Assembly: GCA_023213395.1 (NCBI GenBank)
Contig: CM041465.1
Coordinates: 86,125,741-86,189,740, forward strand
Direction of reading: 5' to 3'
DNA length: 64,000 nucleotides
Origin: Cycas panzhihuaensis
Taxonomy: Eukaryota; Plantae; Cycadophyta
In this document: in pieces, positions 37,183 through 49,114 of the stretch
Layout: every line of letters starts with the position of its first letter
Numbering within the stretch: the stretch's first letter is position 1
Notes under the pieces: generated by a model
Database searches by the model: none
Told to the model about the DNA's origin: nothing
Seen by the model: only the letters and a program-made list of their open reading frames with translations
Translations under genes and position numbers: made by a program

Positions 37183-38747
37183 GATATTGTTAGAAATTCT
37201 ATAAATCTAACAAACTTTGAATTAAGATCTATTTAAAAGTTCATAGTTGACCTCATAGTTGGTTTTCAATTTTTCTTTTTTAAATTCCTTTTATTGTCTC
37301 TTTTGTTTCTTGCTAACTTGTCACTCAGTGAAAGAGGAGTGATCAATTTGGAATTTGAAGAATGACATAAAACTAATTAAATAATTCCTAAACAGGGAGC
37401 TTTCTTTAGGTGTAAAAATTTATTTGCCTTAACCCTTCCAATTTGGTTATTTATTTGTTTCTTATTTTTCAGAAAAAAAAGGGAAAGTGTCTTTTTAGTA
37501 AAAGTCAAAGTTAATTGTAAGAGCAAAAAGTTTCTAAATTTACTATTTGTACATAATATATAATTTTCTTACCAACTTCATATGTGCAAAAGAAGTATAT
37601 GTCTTATTTGGCTTATTTCTTATTTCTTTTATGCACTCGCCTACTATATATATATATATATTCTTTTGTTGAGGTAAAAATGAATAAAATGTGGGTTTAT
37701 AAAACAAGATCCCACAACCTAGTATATCAATATAATTTTGTCATTCAGATCATGATGGACCGTGACAACCCCATGGCCTGAGTACATAAATAATTCAACA
37801 CATAAGCTAAATTTGTACTAGGATAAGCCCCATAGTTAGCTATCACAGATCCTTTCGATCTCAACCAGTTTCATAAGTTCCTCAGGGATGTCCTCCCTCT
37901 AAACAATAGATCTCCTATTCTTAACCCCCCATTTAGCCAAGAAGTCAGCCACTTTATTAGCTTCCCTAAAGGTATACCAAATCTGGACACTCTCCAGATC
38001 CTTTAGTGCATCTTGAGCATCTTTAATCATGGTTTGAAATCTCCAGTCCATGGAAGCTATGCCTTTCAAAAGATTTATTACAATAAGGGGTTCACCTTCA
38101 ATAACCACCCTATTGAAGCCCCCTTCCAGGGCTAAATCCATGACTTTTAGCATAGCTTCCATCTCTGCAAAGTGGTTTGTCTATTGATCATAGTATTATG
38201 AAAAAGCCCATATGAGGTTCCCTTTAGCGTCTTTAGAAATACCGCCACCACCAGCTTCTCTAGGGTTTCCTTTCGAAGTGCCATCAAAACTTATTTTTAA
38301 CCAATGATTCTTAGGAGGGACTCAGGGGCAAATCCTTCTTTTCTCCTCCTTAATTATCAACTTTATCCCCTACTTAAGTAGTATCTTTCTTTTTATCATA
38401 ACAATTTGCTTCTCCTCTGTGTTTTTAACATTCTCCCTAATCTTTGTATGGATAACATTGAAAATAGCATTTGAGTCCATCTATCTATCCTGAAAAATCC
38501 TTCTATTTCTTTCTTTTCATAGATTCCACAAAAACACTAAGATAGCAATTTTCCATAAGCTACCTAGGATTTAACTCTTGATGGGCTCTTCCTATTTTTT
38601 GGTAAGATAGAATGAATTAAAGTGGGTTTGAAAACAAGATCCCACAACCTAATACATCAGAATGCAAATAAGGTACCAAGTCAGGGTTAACCGTGACAAC
38701 CCCATGGTTTAGGCAAGAGAACTAGAATGCCGGGACAAGCCCCGCGG

Positions 38748-41700
38748 CTAGCTACCATAGATCATATCCTTCTCAACCAGAGACAAAAGGTCCCTAGGGA
38801 AATCACATCTCCACACTTGATCCCTCTTGTTCCTCACCCCCCAGTTTGCCAAAAAATCTGCTGCTTTTTTACCTTCTCTCAGAGTGTGTCTTATACAGAC
38901 ATCTGACAAACCCTTAATAATCTCTTTGGCATGTTTGATTATAGCATGAAATTTCCAATCCAGGAGGGCCACTCCTTTTAGCGAGTTTAAAACAACCTCT
39001 GAGTCCCCCTTAATCACTAACCTCTGGATGCCCCTATGCGGGCTAAGTCGAGGGCTTTAAGCATAGCATGCATTTCCACATAGTTGTTCATCTGGTTCTC
39101 ATAGTAGTCTGCAAAGGCCCAGATGAGAGAACCTTTACTATCCCTATAGGTTCCCCCACCCCTAGCTTCACCTGGGTTCCCTTTTGCTGCCCCGTCAAAA
39201 TTAATTTTGATCCAGGGCTCCTCTGGTGGGATCCATCTAGTACTTCTGGGTTTAGACGCCACTATTTCAGGTTCTATACCCTATTTGAGCAAAATCCTGT
39301 TCTTTAACAGGGTTATGCGTTTTTCCTTAATGTTTCTAATGTTTTCTCTGATGTCCAAACATACTGTGTTATAAATGGCCATCTGGTCCTTCTCTTTTCC
39401 CTGGAAAATCCTACTGTTCCTTTCTTTCCAGATATTCCATGCCAAAATCAGGAGCGTATTCTTCCGGTCTGGTGAGGGTATTACTTTTGAATGGGCTTTG
39501 CCATGCAAGCCAAAGGCCAGCTGTCTTTTGCGATAATGTCCAGCACACTTCCAGTTTTCCAAGCAACATCCTCCAAACTTCCCTTATGAAAGGGCACTCT
39601 AGGATGATGTGATCAATGGATTCCTCCTCTTTGCAGCATAAAACACATCTGTTCGCCAACATAAAGCCTCGCTTTTGAAGGTTATCAACAGTGAGGATTT
39701 TGTTCATAAGACAGGTCCACCAGAAAAGAGCTATTTTTGGAATGAGGGGGAGCCTCCAGACACCTTCTAGCATTGGGTTTTTCTTGTCCCCTCTTTTTAG
39801 GCATAAGTATTGGTAACTCTGTTGCATTGTGTACTCCCCTGACGAATTAGAGGGCCATACCATCGAATCCTGCGAAGGAGTTCTAGGGATATAACTCTTA
39901 CCTAGAATCCTTTTGATCTTATTGAGACCCTCCTGCAGGCTGCCTAGCCCATGGATATCCTCAAAGTTCCTCCAGATCCTACTTCCTTCTCTCCCAGTCC
40001 AATAATCTTTAATCAGATTGCCGTATTCCCTAACATAAGGACCCATTAGAGGCACCAGGTCTAGGAACTCCTTCAGAGCCTTGTCACAACACCACACGTC
40101 ATCCCAAAATCTGATGGATTTGCCATCACCCAGTCTCCATTTTAGGCCATCCCTGATAGCTGCCTATGCTTTGAGGATGCTCCTCTGGATGGTAGAACCA
40201 GCCGATGAGACACTGCTATCCAAAAGGGAGCCTCCTTGAATATATTTTTTAGAAAGGATCCTCTCCCAAAGTCTCTCCCCACCTTTGAATAATCTCCACC
40301 TAAGATTTGCCCCAAGGGTGACATTGAAGGGAGAGAGCCTTCACAAATTGAGACCACCGGCCAATTTCAGAGTGCATACTTTGCTCCAACTCACTAAATG
40401 AATCATGTCTTTACTTTCTGATCCAAACCAGAGGAATCTTTTCTGGATTGATTCAATAATATCTGAGATACCCAGCAGAACCCTAAAGATGGACATCCAA
40501 AACACTAGGATGCTCTAGAGAGTAGAGGCAACTAGCTGGAGTTTTCTAGCTAAGCTCAGGAGGGTACCTTTCCAGCCAGCTAACTTTCTTTGCATTCTAT
40601 CTAAAAGAGGGTTCCACATATCTTTGGACATCTTACCAATAAATAGGGGCAAACCCAGGTAAATTGTGGGAAGCTTTTTTATGTCCGTACCTAAGATTCT
40701 GCTAATCCTACCTTGGATATAGCCCGGGGTATTTATGAAAAAGACATTACTCTTCTTAAGACTTATCTTCTAGTTTGTGGCCTTCTCAAAATGCCCTAGG
40801 ATGTCTTTAAATCTGGAAGCCTCTCCTACTGTCACCTTCCCAAGGAGGATTTTGTCATCTACAAATTAATGGTGAACCACATTGTCCATCCTCGACATTG
40901 ATTTGATGCCGTTTAGGGACCTAAGCCTCCTAGCGGACTCTAGGGTTCTACCTAGCAGCTCAGCCATCGTGATGAATAAGAAGGGAGAAAGGGGATCTCC
41001 TTGTCTCAACCCCTTGAATCCGGGGAAGAACCTAGAAGATGAACCATTGATAATAACAGAGAATTGTAGATTCCCAATGCACAGTTTAATCCAGGACCGC
41101 CAAGGTTCCCCAAAGCCAAATGCCTCTAGGCAATCTAGCAGGCATTCCCAGGAGACCCTATCAAAGGCCTTCGTGAGATCGATCTTGATGAGCATCGCAG
41201 GCTCCTTCCTCTCGGCAACTGAGTGAATTATTTCATGGACAACAATATATCCATAATATATCTGCCTGCCTCGAAGGAACCCATCCTGATTGTGGGATAT
41301 AATGTTTGGCATAATTCTCTTCAGTCTGTTGACCAGGACCTTAGTTAAAATCTTGTATTTAACATTACAAAGGCTGATGGGACGAAACTCTTCCATCCTT
41401 TTCACTCCTCCTTTTTTAGGAATGAGGACAAGGAATGTAGTCTGCCATTCCTGTAGCATCTTTTTGTTTGTGTAGAACTCCTGCAAAGCTTCCATTAAGT
41501 CCCCTTTAATAATATCCCAATATTCTTGGAAACAACCTAGAGGGAATCCATCAGGGCTAGGAGCTTTGTCTTTCTTCATGCTAAAGAGAGCTGCCCTGAC
41601 TTCCTCCAGAGTGAATGGAGCAGTTAACTGCACATTTTAAGCTTCATTCACCAGCCTAGGGATGTTGTTTAGGAAGTCTTTTCTGCTTTCCATGTCCCCG

Positions 41701-42941
41701 TCCTGGGGTTCAGTGAATAGATCCTTAAAGTATTTGTTGGCCAACTCATTCATTCCCTCAATAGAACTAATAACTGAGCCGTCTTCCTTTTGAAGACTAG
41801 AAATTCTATTGCTAGCTCTATGCTTAACTATAGTCATATGGAAAAATTTTGTATTCCTATCACCTTTATCCAACCAAAGAGCCCTGGATTTCTATCTCCA
41901 GAGTATTTCTTCTCTGGTGAGAATCTCATCCAGCTTCTCAACCAGCTCTTTCTCTGTCTTATCTAACTCAGGGGATCTGCCCGTTCGTTCAATCCAATCC
42001 TCTATATCTTTCAGATCACTGATAGTTTTATCCTTTTACTCATGAATATTTTGGAAAACCTCCTTATTCCAAGCCTTAATTTGTCTTTTAATCCAATCAA
42101 GCTTCTTCAAAAATCTGTACATTGTGTGACCTTTGATTTGAATCCGCCACCATTCCTCAACCCTATTCCTAAGATTGGGGTGACGAAGCAACATTAGCTC
42201 AAACCTAAAGGGGGACCCAATAAATTTGCCTGGATCTGAAAATTGGAGCAAGAGAGGGGAATGGTCAGAACTTGTCCTCAGTAACGCCTTAAGGGTGAAG
42301 TCATTAAAGCTCCTCATCTAGTCATAATTGACTAGCACACTGTCCAATTTAATTTGAATTAAGTCATTCCCCAATCACTTATTTGACCAGGTAAAGGATG
42401 CCCCCCTGAGCTTAACATCCTCCAAGCCCCCCTGCTGAAGGAAGTCATTAAACTCTCCCATGTTGGTTGTCCATCCACCAGTGCCTCCTCTCTTATCACC
42501 CAAGGACAGCACCGAGTTGAAGTCTCCCGCCAGCAGCCATGGTTGTTGGCAATCCCTATGGGCCTCTAATAGTCTGTCCCAGAGTCTCTTCCTAGCCTCT
42601 TGACTATTTGGAGCATAAACATTTGTGGCTAGCCAAGATAGGTTGTTGCTTTTATTTGTTAGCCGAATCGATATGAAAGATCTCTCTGCCAGGAAGAGTT
42701 CTCCCGACCATATCGACGGATTCCATAGGACCATTAAGCCCCCCACTCCTTAGGCATAGTCGATCTCAATACTTTCAGCAGTCTTCCAAATTTTGTTCTT
42801 GATCCTTTGGCCATTCTCCTTATTCATTTTAGTTTCCTGCAAGAATATCAAATCCGGAAAATGTTTATTTCGCATATCCCTTATAATCCTATGCTTCGAG
42901 GGGGTATTGAATCCCCTGATATTCTAAGATATTAATTTCAT
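38748..42941 (-). pseudogene. L1 ORF2 (endonuclease, RT, zf-RVT, RNase H), disrupted
   Basis: NVYAPN, WLLAGDFN, SDHSPL, FRPISLCN, KIDLTKAFDRV, GLRQGDPLSPFLF, RCVLCCKEEESIDHI, KINFDGAAKGNPG. Confidence 0.95.
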
Positions 42942-44854
42942 TTCTTTTTCCTTTACTTCTAGACTTCAGCAGGCTCTCCTTTGGGAGGCTCTTTGCCTGC
43001 AGTACTGGATCTAAGGGTAGGCCCTTCTAGAAATACTTCCTTAAGAGTTTTCTGGCCGCCTTGGTCTACTTGGGCAGTCGTTTCTTTCTCTCTTAGTAGC
43101 TTCAGAGGTGGCCTCCCTACCTTCTTCTCAGCTCCTACATCTGGCTACTTTTTCTGGGACATTATCGGTTGTGGTATTAGATCTAGGTCTGGCTCTCCTA
43201 AATCCTCTAATATGGGCGCTGACTCCTCAACCCCTACCCTCTACCTCTGAATCTCAGATTCACTAGGAATAACATCAACCTCTGCGGTAGAGGACAAACC
43301 TAACCTTTTCGCGGCTTGCTTATCCCTCGCCCGCTGTGGTTCAGGGGGGATAGTTTGTATCTTGGCGGTAGTCTCAATAGGGGGAGAAACTCCTGTACTA
43401 ACCACACCAGCTTGGCTACCCAGAGCCATAAAGGTCTGTGTAATTTGCTCTCCTTCCTCTAGGAGTGAATCCTCCTCATTAGGGTCAAAACCCAGATTCC
43501 CAAGAGGGGACTCAGCATCCTTCGTGTGATCTGCAGGTTCTGGTACCACCTCTTGATCCTTTTCTTTCTTTTCCTGGAGATTTAGTACTAGGGGTCCCTT
43601 ATTATTCTCATCCGTTGGAGGCTGAACCCTTGGGCATTTTTGGGGCAGGTGCCCCAAGATTCTGCAGGTGGAGTATCTTATGTGGTCCATTTCATAAATC
43701 AGCGGCTGCACCCAACTCTCATCCGGCATATCCATCCAGATGTCGTCTAGGAGGGGTTTATCAAGCCGTATTAAAGCATAGATCCTAGCGTTAATGAGTC
43801 TGCTCCTATTCTTCATCGCAGAATCAACTGCTAGAAGATGACCCACCGCTTTTGCTATACCTTTAAATACTTCTGGGTTCCAATGGTGTAATGGGAGGCT
43901 CGAGAGTTGAATCCATAAAGGGGCTTGTTTAATTTTGGGAATAGAGGGATCAAAGTCCCTATGCCATTTCTCAAGAGACAAGGCTTTCCTGCCAAACATC
44001 CATGGCACCTTGAGCAGGATACTGGACATATCTTTGTATGAAGAGAATTTTAATAGCACACAGCCCTTGGGCATGGCTATTACTTCCACGCTTCCTACCA
44101 TTTTCCATTTAGTTCTCGTCCAACTCCTGATAGTCTTTAGACCCGATCTAGGTCCCGAGAATCTGCTAACTAGCGCTTCTCCCGAGTTTCTGCCTTCTCT
44201 CCACAAGAGCTAGAGGTATTTTCAGTCTAACTTTGTTATCAACAACCACTGGTGTTAGGTCGAAAGTTTGCTCTTCATTTGATTTCAATGCATCTCAGTA
44301 AGATTTCCTCGGGGACAGATTGGAGATCTGAGTCTGGTTTTGAGGGATATGATCCATTACCATTTTTAAATATTAAGGACAGCAAAGAAGAGCCTGCCAA
44401 AAAAATATATGCATACCATAGTTAAAGCCTGCTCAGCTGATATCTTCGTTTTTGATTTCTTGGTCCCAAATAGAAAGTTGTTGGCCTGTAGTACCTCTGT
44501 AGATCTACCTTCATGACTCAACCCCTGTCTCCTCTTCCACTCGGGTTTCTCAAAAAGCTTGTCTATCTTCAAGCAGGAGCTATTATCTGACTTGAGCCGC
44601 CTTCCTACTAACACTATAATGTGCCACAATGTTAGTCAATCCAGAAGAAGCCAAAGAAGAAGGCTCTGTGTTCTCTGGCTGTTACGCCAACAACTACGTC
44701 TCCATTCCACTTTCGTCGGTCCGTCTTCCTTCGCAGGTAAGTCTATAGGGGGAACGACCCCAACAGAAGCCTTGCGCAGGGCCCTAACTCCCTTGCCATG
44801 TCCGTTCGATGGACGCCATCGCGCCCCAGTCCACGCTAATCCTCCCGCCACCAC
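42938..44854 (-). pseudogene. L1 ORF1 (DUF4283-like + zinc knuckle), disrupted
   Basis: ORF 43241-44206: PWMFGRKALSLEKW..APLWIQLSSLPLHHW..CRILGHLPQKCP. A TGA overlaps the ORF2 ATG (ATGA). Start approximate. Confidence 0.88.
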
Positions 44855-46273
44855 TCTGAAACCCTAACAATCGTAGGTTCGCTCTCCGTTCCGTTCGCTC
44901 TCCGTTCTGTTCACTCTCAGAAGTTGTTCATGAGATCTATTCCTGATGGGCTCTTCCTAGATGTCCATTAGTCCATGATATTTTTAGAAAAGACCTAATT
45001 CACCTCGAAGATGTCGAGCAAAAGTCTCCAAACCTCACCTGAGTAAGAACACTGAAGGAAAATATGATCCACAGATTCCTCCTCTTTATGACAAAGAATG
45101 CACCTATTTGTCAGCTGATATCCTCTCTTATTGAGATTATCCATTTTATTCCTAAGACAAGTCCACCAAAAAATGACAATCTTTGGAATGAGGTCCAGTT
45201 TCCATACCCCTTCCAAGGTCTCATTCCTTTGATCCCCACTTTCTGAATAGAGGTAGAGGTATCCCTGCTTCACTGAGTACTCCCTAGTTTGGGTTAAGGG
45301 TAAGATTATTGAGTCCACCATGTTTGTTTTAGGTATATAACATTTTCTAAGAATCTTTCTAAGTTTGGTGAGACCTTCTTGGGGGAAATACTTCCACTGA
45401 AGTTCCTCAAAATTCCTCCATCCTTTTCTTCTTCCCCTCCCATTCCAATAGTCCTTCACATGAATACCATATAATCATTCACAAGGGGCCTAAAGGGGGG
45501 CTAATTCAGGACAATTATTTAGACCTTTTTCACTACACCATGTATCCTCCCAAAAGTTTATAGTATTCCTGTCTCCCAAGCTCCGCTTTAGGCCAGCCTT
45601 CATCATGGTCTTGGATTTGAGAATGCTCCTCTAAACTGTTAAGCTAGAAGGGGGAAATGTATTGTCAAGGAGAGAACTACCCTGAAGATACTTTTGAGTT
45701 AAGATCTTTTCCCACAGGCCCCCTCTACCTTTGACTAGTCGCCAACTGAGCTTAGACACAAGGGAAGAATTAAATAGTGATATTCTTATGAGATTTAGTC
45801 CCCTAACCCATCTCAGTATACAAACTTTACTCCAACTTAGCAGGTGGATTCTATCCTTCTCCTCAACCCCAGACCAAAGGAATCTTTTCTAGATGGACTC
45901 CAAGATAGTAGAAACGTTGGGTAACATTCTGAAAATAGACATCCAGAAAACTAGAATACTTTGTAAAGAGGTAGCCACAAGCTAGAGCTTCCCAGCTTAG
46001 CTAAGAAGAGCCCCTTTCCAACCAGCCAACTTTCTTTGAATCTGATCAATGAGGGGATTCCAAATATCCCCTGTTATCTTACCCACAAATAGGGGTATAC
46101 CAAGGTATGTAGTAGGTAGCTTCTTAATTTCCATCTCTAAAATTCCACTGATCCTTCTTTAGGTATTCCTTGGGGTATTTGTAAAGTAAACTCTACTTTT
46201 ACTCAAGTTTACCTAATGGTTCATGGCCAGTTCGAAGCTTCCGAGCGGTGGGGCTCTGCTGCCAAGGGGGCAG

Positions 46274-48849
46274 TGTTTCCTAGCTATTGGGAATGGACTC
46301 GAGACGCATCAACTTAGGTAAGCTCAAGTATATGTTCTCACTTCTCCTTGCTCTTATTTGAATGAGATTGTTTAGCGTAGACTACTTAACATATGCTTGT
46401 CTGCCTGCATTGCTTCTTTGCCTGATCATAGTGCATGTGCTTACAACACACTTTCAGCCTATGACAACTCACAATAGGGGAATTCCTTAATGAATGCTAC
46501 ATCCCATATGGTGCACAACCACCCACTTCATCTCCACGACCTCCTGGGATGCTTCAGCTAGTTATATTTGCCCCTGTTACGACACCCTGCTTGTGTTCCA
46601 GTATCTTCCAAGTCTGATTAAATCCTTGGTTGAGATCCATTTCGCTGTTTTGGCTACTTGCCTATCACCTGGGTATTCCCCCCAGTTGTTCCAGCCTTAA
46701 TTTACTCTTAATATTAACTCTAAAGCCTTATTTCTACTTATTTTTATTTATTTTTTGTTTCCATGCATCATTGTAAACTTAGCGATGCATCGCGATCTTG
46801 TCAGATCGCTAAGTTTACCACGGGGCGACTGTTTGAAAATTTTTTAAAAAATCACACGACAATTTTCGGTTTTTTCGCGGAATTGCCACGTGGCACCTGC
46901 ACATTTGTGTCACCCTAACATCCCTAATGTTCACCTGTAGTGAGCAGGGGATAAAATAAGGAATCCTCTTCATTTTCAAGGATCTTTTGCTCATTTTTAC
47001 ACAAAAATATACAAAATCTTCCATAGAAATCTATTGCAAAAAGAGACACATAGCTATTGGCTCATTTCCAAGGACCATTGCTGCCCCTATTGCTCACCAA
47101 CATCAAGCTCTACATCTATTTGCAGGACTTCAAGGCTTCAAGGAGGATCTTCTTCAAAATCTCCCAAAAGACAAGCTCTAAAGACTCCAAACTCATAGGA
47201 TCATTCTCATATTTCTCTCTTCTCCAAACCTGCCATCATAATCCACTAAATGCTAGTTCTTTCTTGCTATTTTTCTAGCAAGTTCATGCTTGATATCTTC
47301 ACAAGGTACCTCTCACATTTACTTTGTAATTTATGTTATTTCTTTATGCTTTTGTGGATAAACTCTTAGTTTATATACCTGCTTATTGCTGCACCTATTT
47401 AGTATCATTTCTTTATCTTTTGGCACAATAGTACTTTCCCAATAATCCCTACAAACCTACTCTTAGGTGGCTATTGCAGGGGGGTAACACAAAGAGAATT
47501 TGAGGGAGGAAGGCGTGGTCCGTCCCCCTTACTGTCCTTCTCCCCAAGGGTTCCATCCCTTATTCTCTTTCCCCTTGCCTTTGGTGCCTTCCTAGAAGTT
47601 AGGTTAGGGAGTTTGGGAGCTCATTTTCAGAGCTAAACCAGCGTTGGCAGCCCATTGCCATGCTGGTTCTGGATTTTTGTCTGTTGGTTTTGGGCATCGC
47701 ATAAGCCCCGAAACTACTTCTTGCCAGTTAACAGTTTGCTACCCACCCAGTCAGACAATTTGCTGTTCATAGCATCTCGTCCTTTGGGTGTTTGTATACC
47801 TTTTAGTTACCCTCTTCTTTCTCGTTATTCATTGCCCCATGTCCTTGCTGCGAGTCTATTTCCCTTTCCTGAAACTAAGTGGAGATTTATTGTGGGTGAG
47901 TTAGCCATTCTGAGGCTATACTCTTCATTTTTGGGTGTCATTTATAGTAACTGTTTGCAGGAGTTTTGTTAAATGTTGTTTCATTAAATGATAATGTATA
48001 TGCTTAGCTTAATTTGATTTGGTTTCATCTGAGATTAGTACATATACTCGATCTATGTTGTGGCCCCTCTTCCGAGAGGGAGATACTTGTCTAGTTGACT
48101 TGCAGGATCTCACATCGGTGGAGTCAGGTGTGGAACAAAACCCATTGTAGGTTAGTTCCATATTTAGTGCTTTTTTGTCATTTTCCGTTGTTTGCTATTC
48201 TGTTTTACTTTTGCATGCATAAGGGGAGGTAAGCTAGCCCCTCTTCGATTGCTCACAGCAACCATCGTTGACTAGTATCGCATGCGCAACGAGTGGAGCA
48301 GGAAGGAGCGGGAAGCAAAGAGGCAGGTAGCACTCCATTCAGACGCCAGGTCCAGGTATTTTCCTTGTCCTCGTATATCTTCTTTATGTTGTTGTCTTTT
48401 ATACACATGTTTGCGTAGTTAGAAACATATAAGGAATTGAAAGTGGAAAGGAACATACTTTTGCTTTGCATCTCTTTTATCTAGTGGTTAGTCTAGCATA
48501 TTTAGATAGTTTACTTCGTGTTAGAGCTACCCATACTTTACCCATTTTACCAGCCTATACCTAGATGCCACACTTTATCTATATCCCCATTCTCGTGTTG
48601 CCTTCTCACTTCCTTGAGAAGATGCAACGTGCTAGGTTCTCTCATCCTCTTCCCGGCCATTCGAGGGGTAGGAAGGCCTCGCCTTGTATAGCTACCTGGA
48701 AGCAACCAGGCACCTCTGCAGTTATGAATCCATGCTCTGGCGCACGAAAGCCTTGCGAGGTGAAGTCCTTGCTGTTTAGCCTAACTTAGCTTTGCATAAT
48801 CCGTTCCTTTTGCTAAATGTAGGGATACCACCCCGCGGCAAGCGATTCA
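46274..48849 (+). repeat. LTR of Tat element 1 (~2.6 kb)
   Basis: Colinear with 53045-55467; ends 1 nt before the PBS. Confidence 0.9.
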
Positions 48850-49114
48850 CTGGTGACTATATTGGGGAACTGCCAGTAAAGGAACTAGTTTTGCTTCCCC
48901 TTTTCGTTGGCGTTCTTGCCTTTAGGTAGCCTTCTTATCCTGCTTTTTAGTTGGGCAACCCCTAACATATTTATTTCATATCCCTTTCACTTTCTTCTAA
49001 CAACACTTGCAAAGGTGTTGTATGCGACGTTTCTTACGTCACTTGCGAGGTCTGCCGCCGTTGTTAGAAGACCCATTTCCTTGTTCCCTTCTGTTGTCGG
49101 ATCCCGATTCGACA

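Larger units (their letters stand above)
38595..44943 (-). mobile_element. Full-length L1 LINE (6.35 kb) nested in a related L1
   Basis: Perfect 16-bp TSD TGATGGGCTCTTCCTA at 38579-38594 and 44944-44959; T6 (poly-A) at 38595-38600; ORF1 and ORF2 present. Confidence 0.97.
37661..46237 (-). mobile_element. L1 LINE 3' portion with RNase H (outer element), split by a nested L1
   Basis: RNase H at about 37899-38330 (KISFDGTSKGN; EANKVADFLAKWG); zf-RVT region 44995-45459 (RCILCHKEEESVDHIF); RT C-terminus (PTTYLGIP near 46090-46115). Broken near 46237. Confidence 0.9.

Noticed and set aside
40882-41475. Antisense ORFs over L1 and gypsy coding regions
   Set aside because: They are shadow frames of retroelement ORFs with no recognisable domains.
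46274-48849. Retrozyme or hammerhead ribozyme in the LTR
   Set aside because: No CUGANGA...GAAA core within a suitable three-way junction was found by eye.
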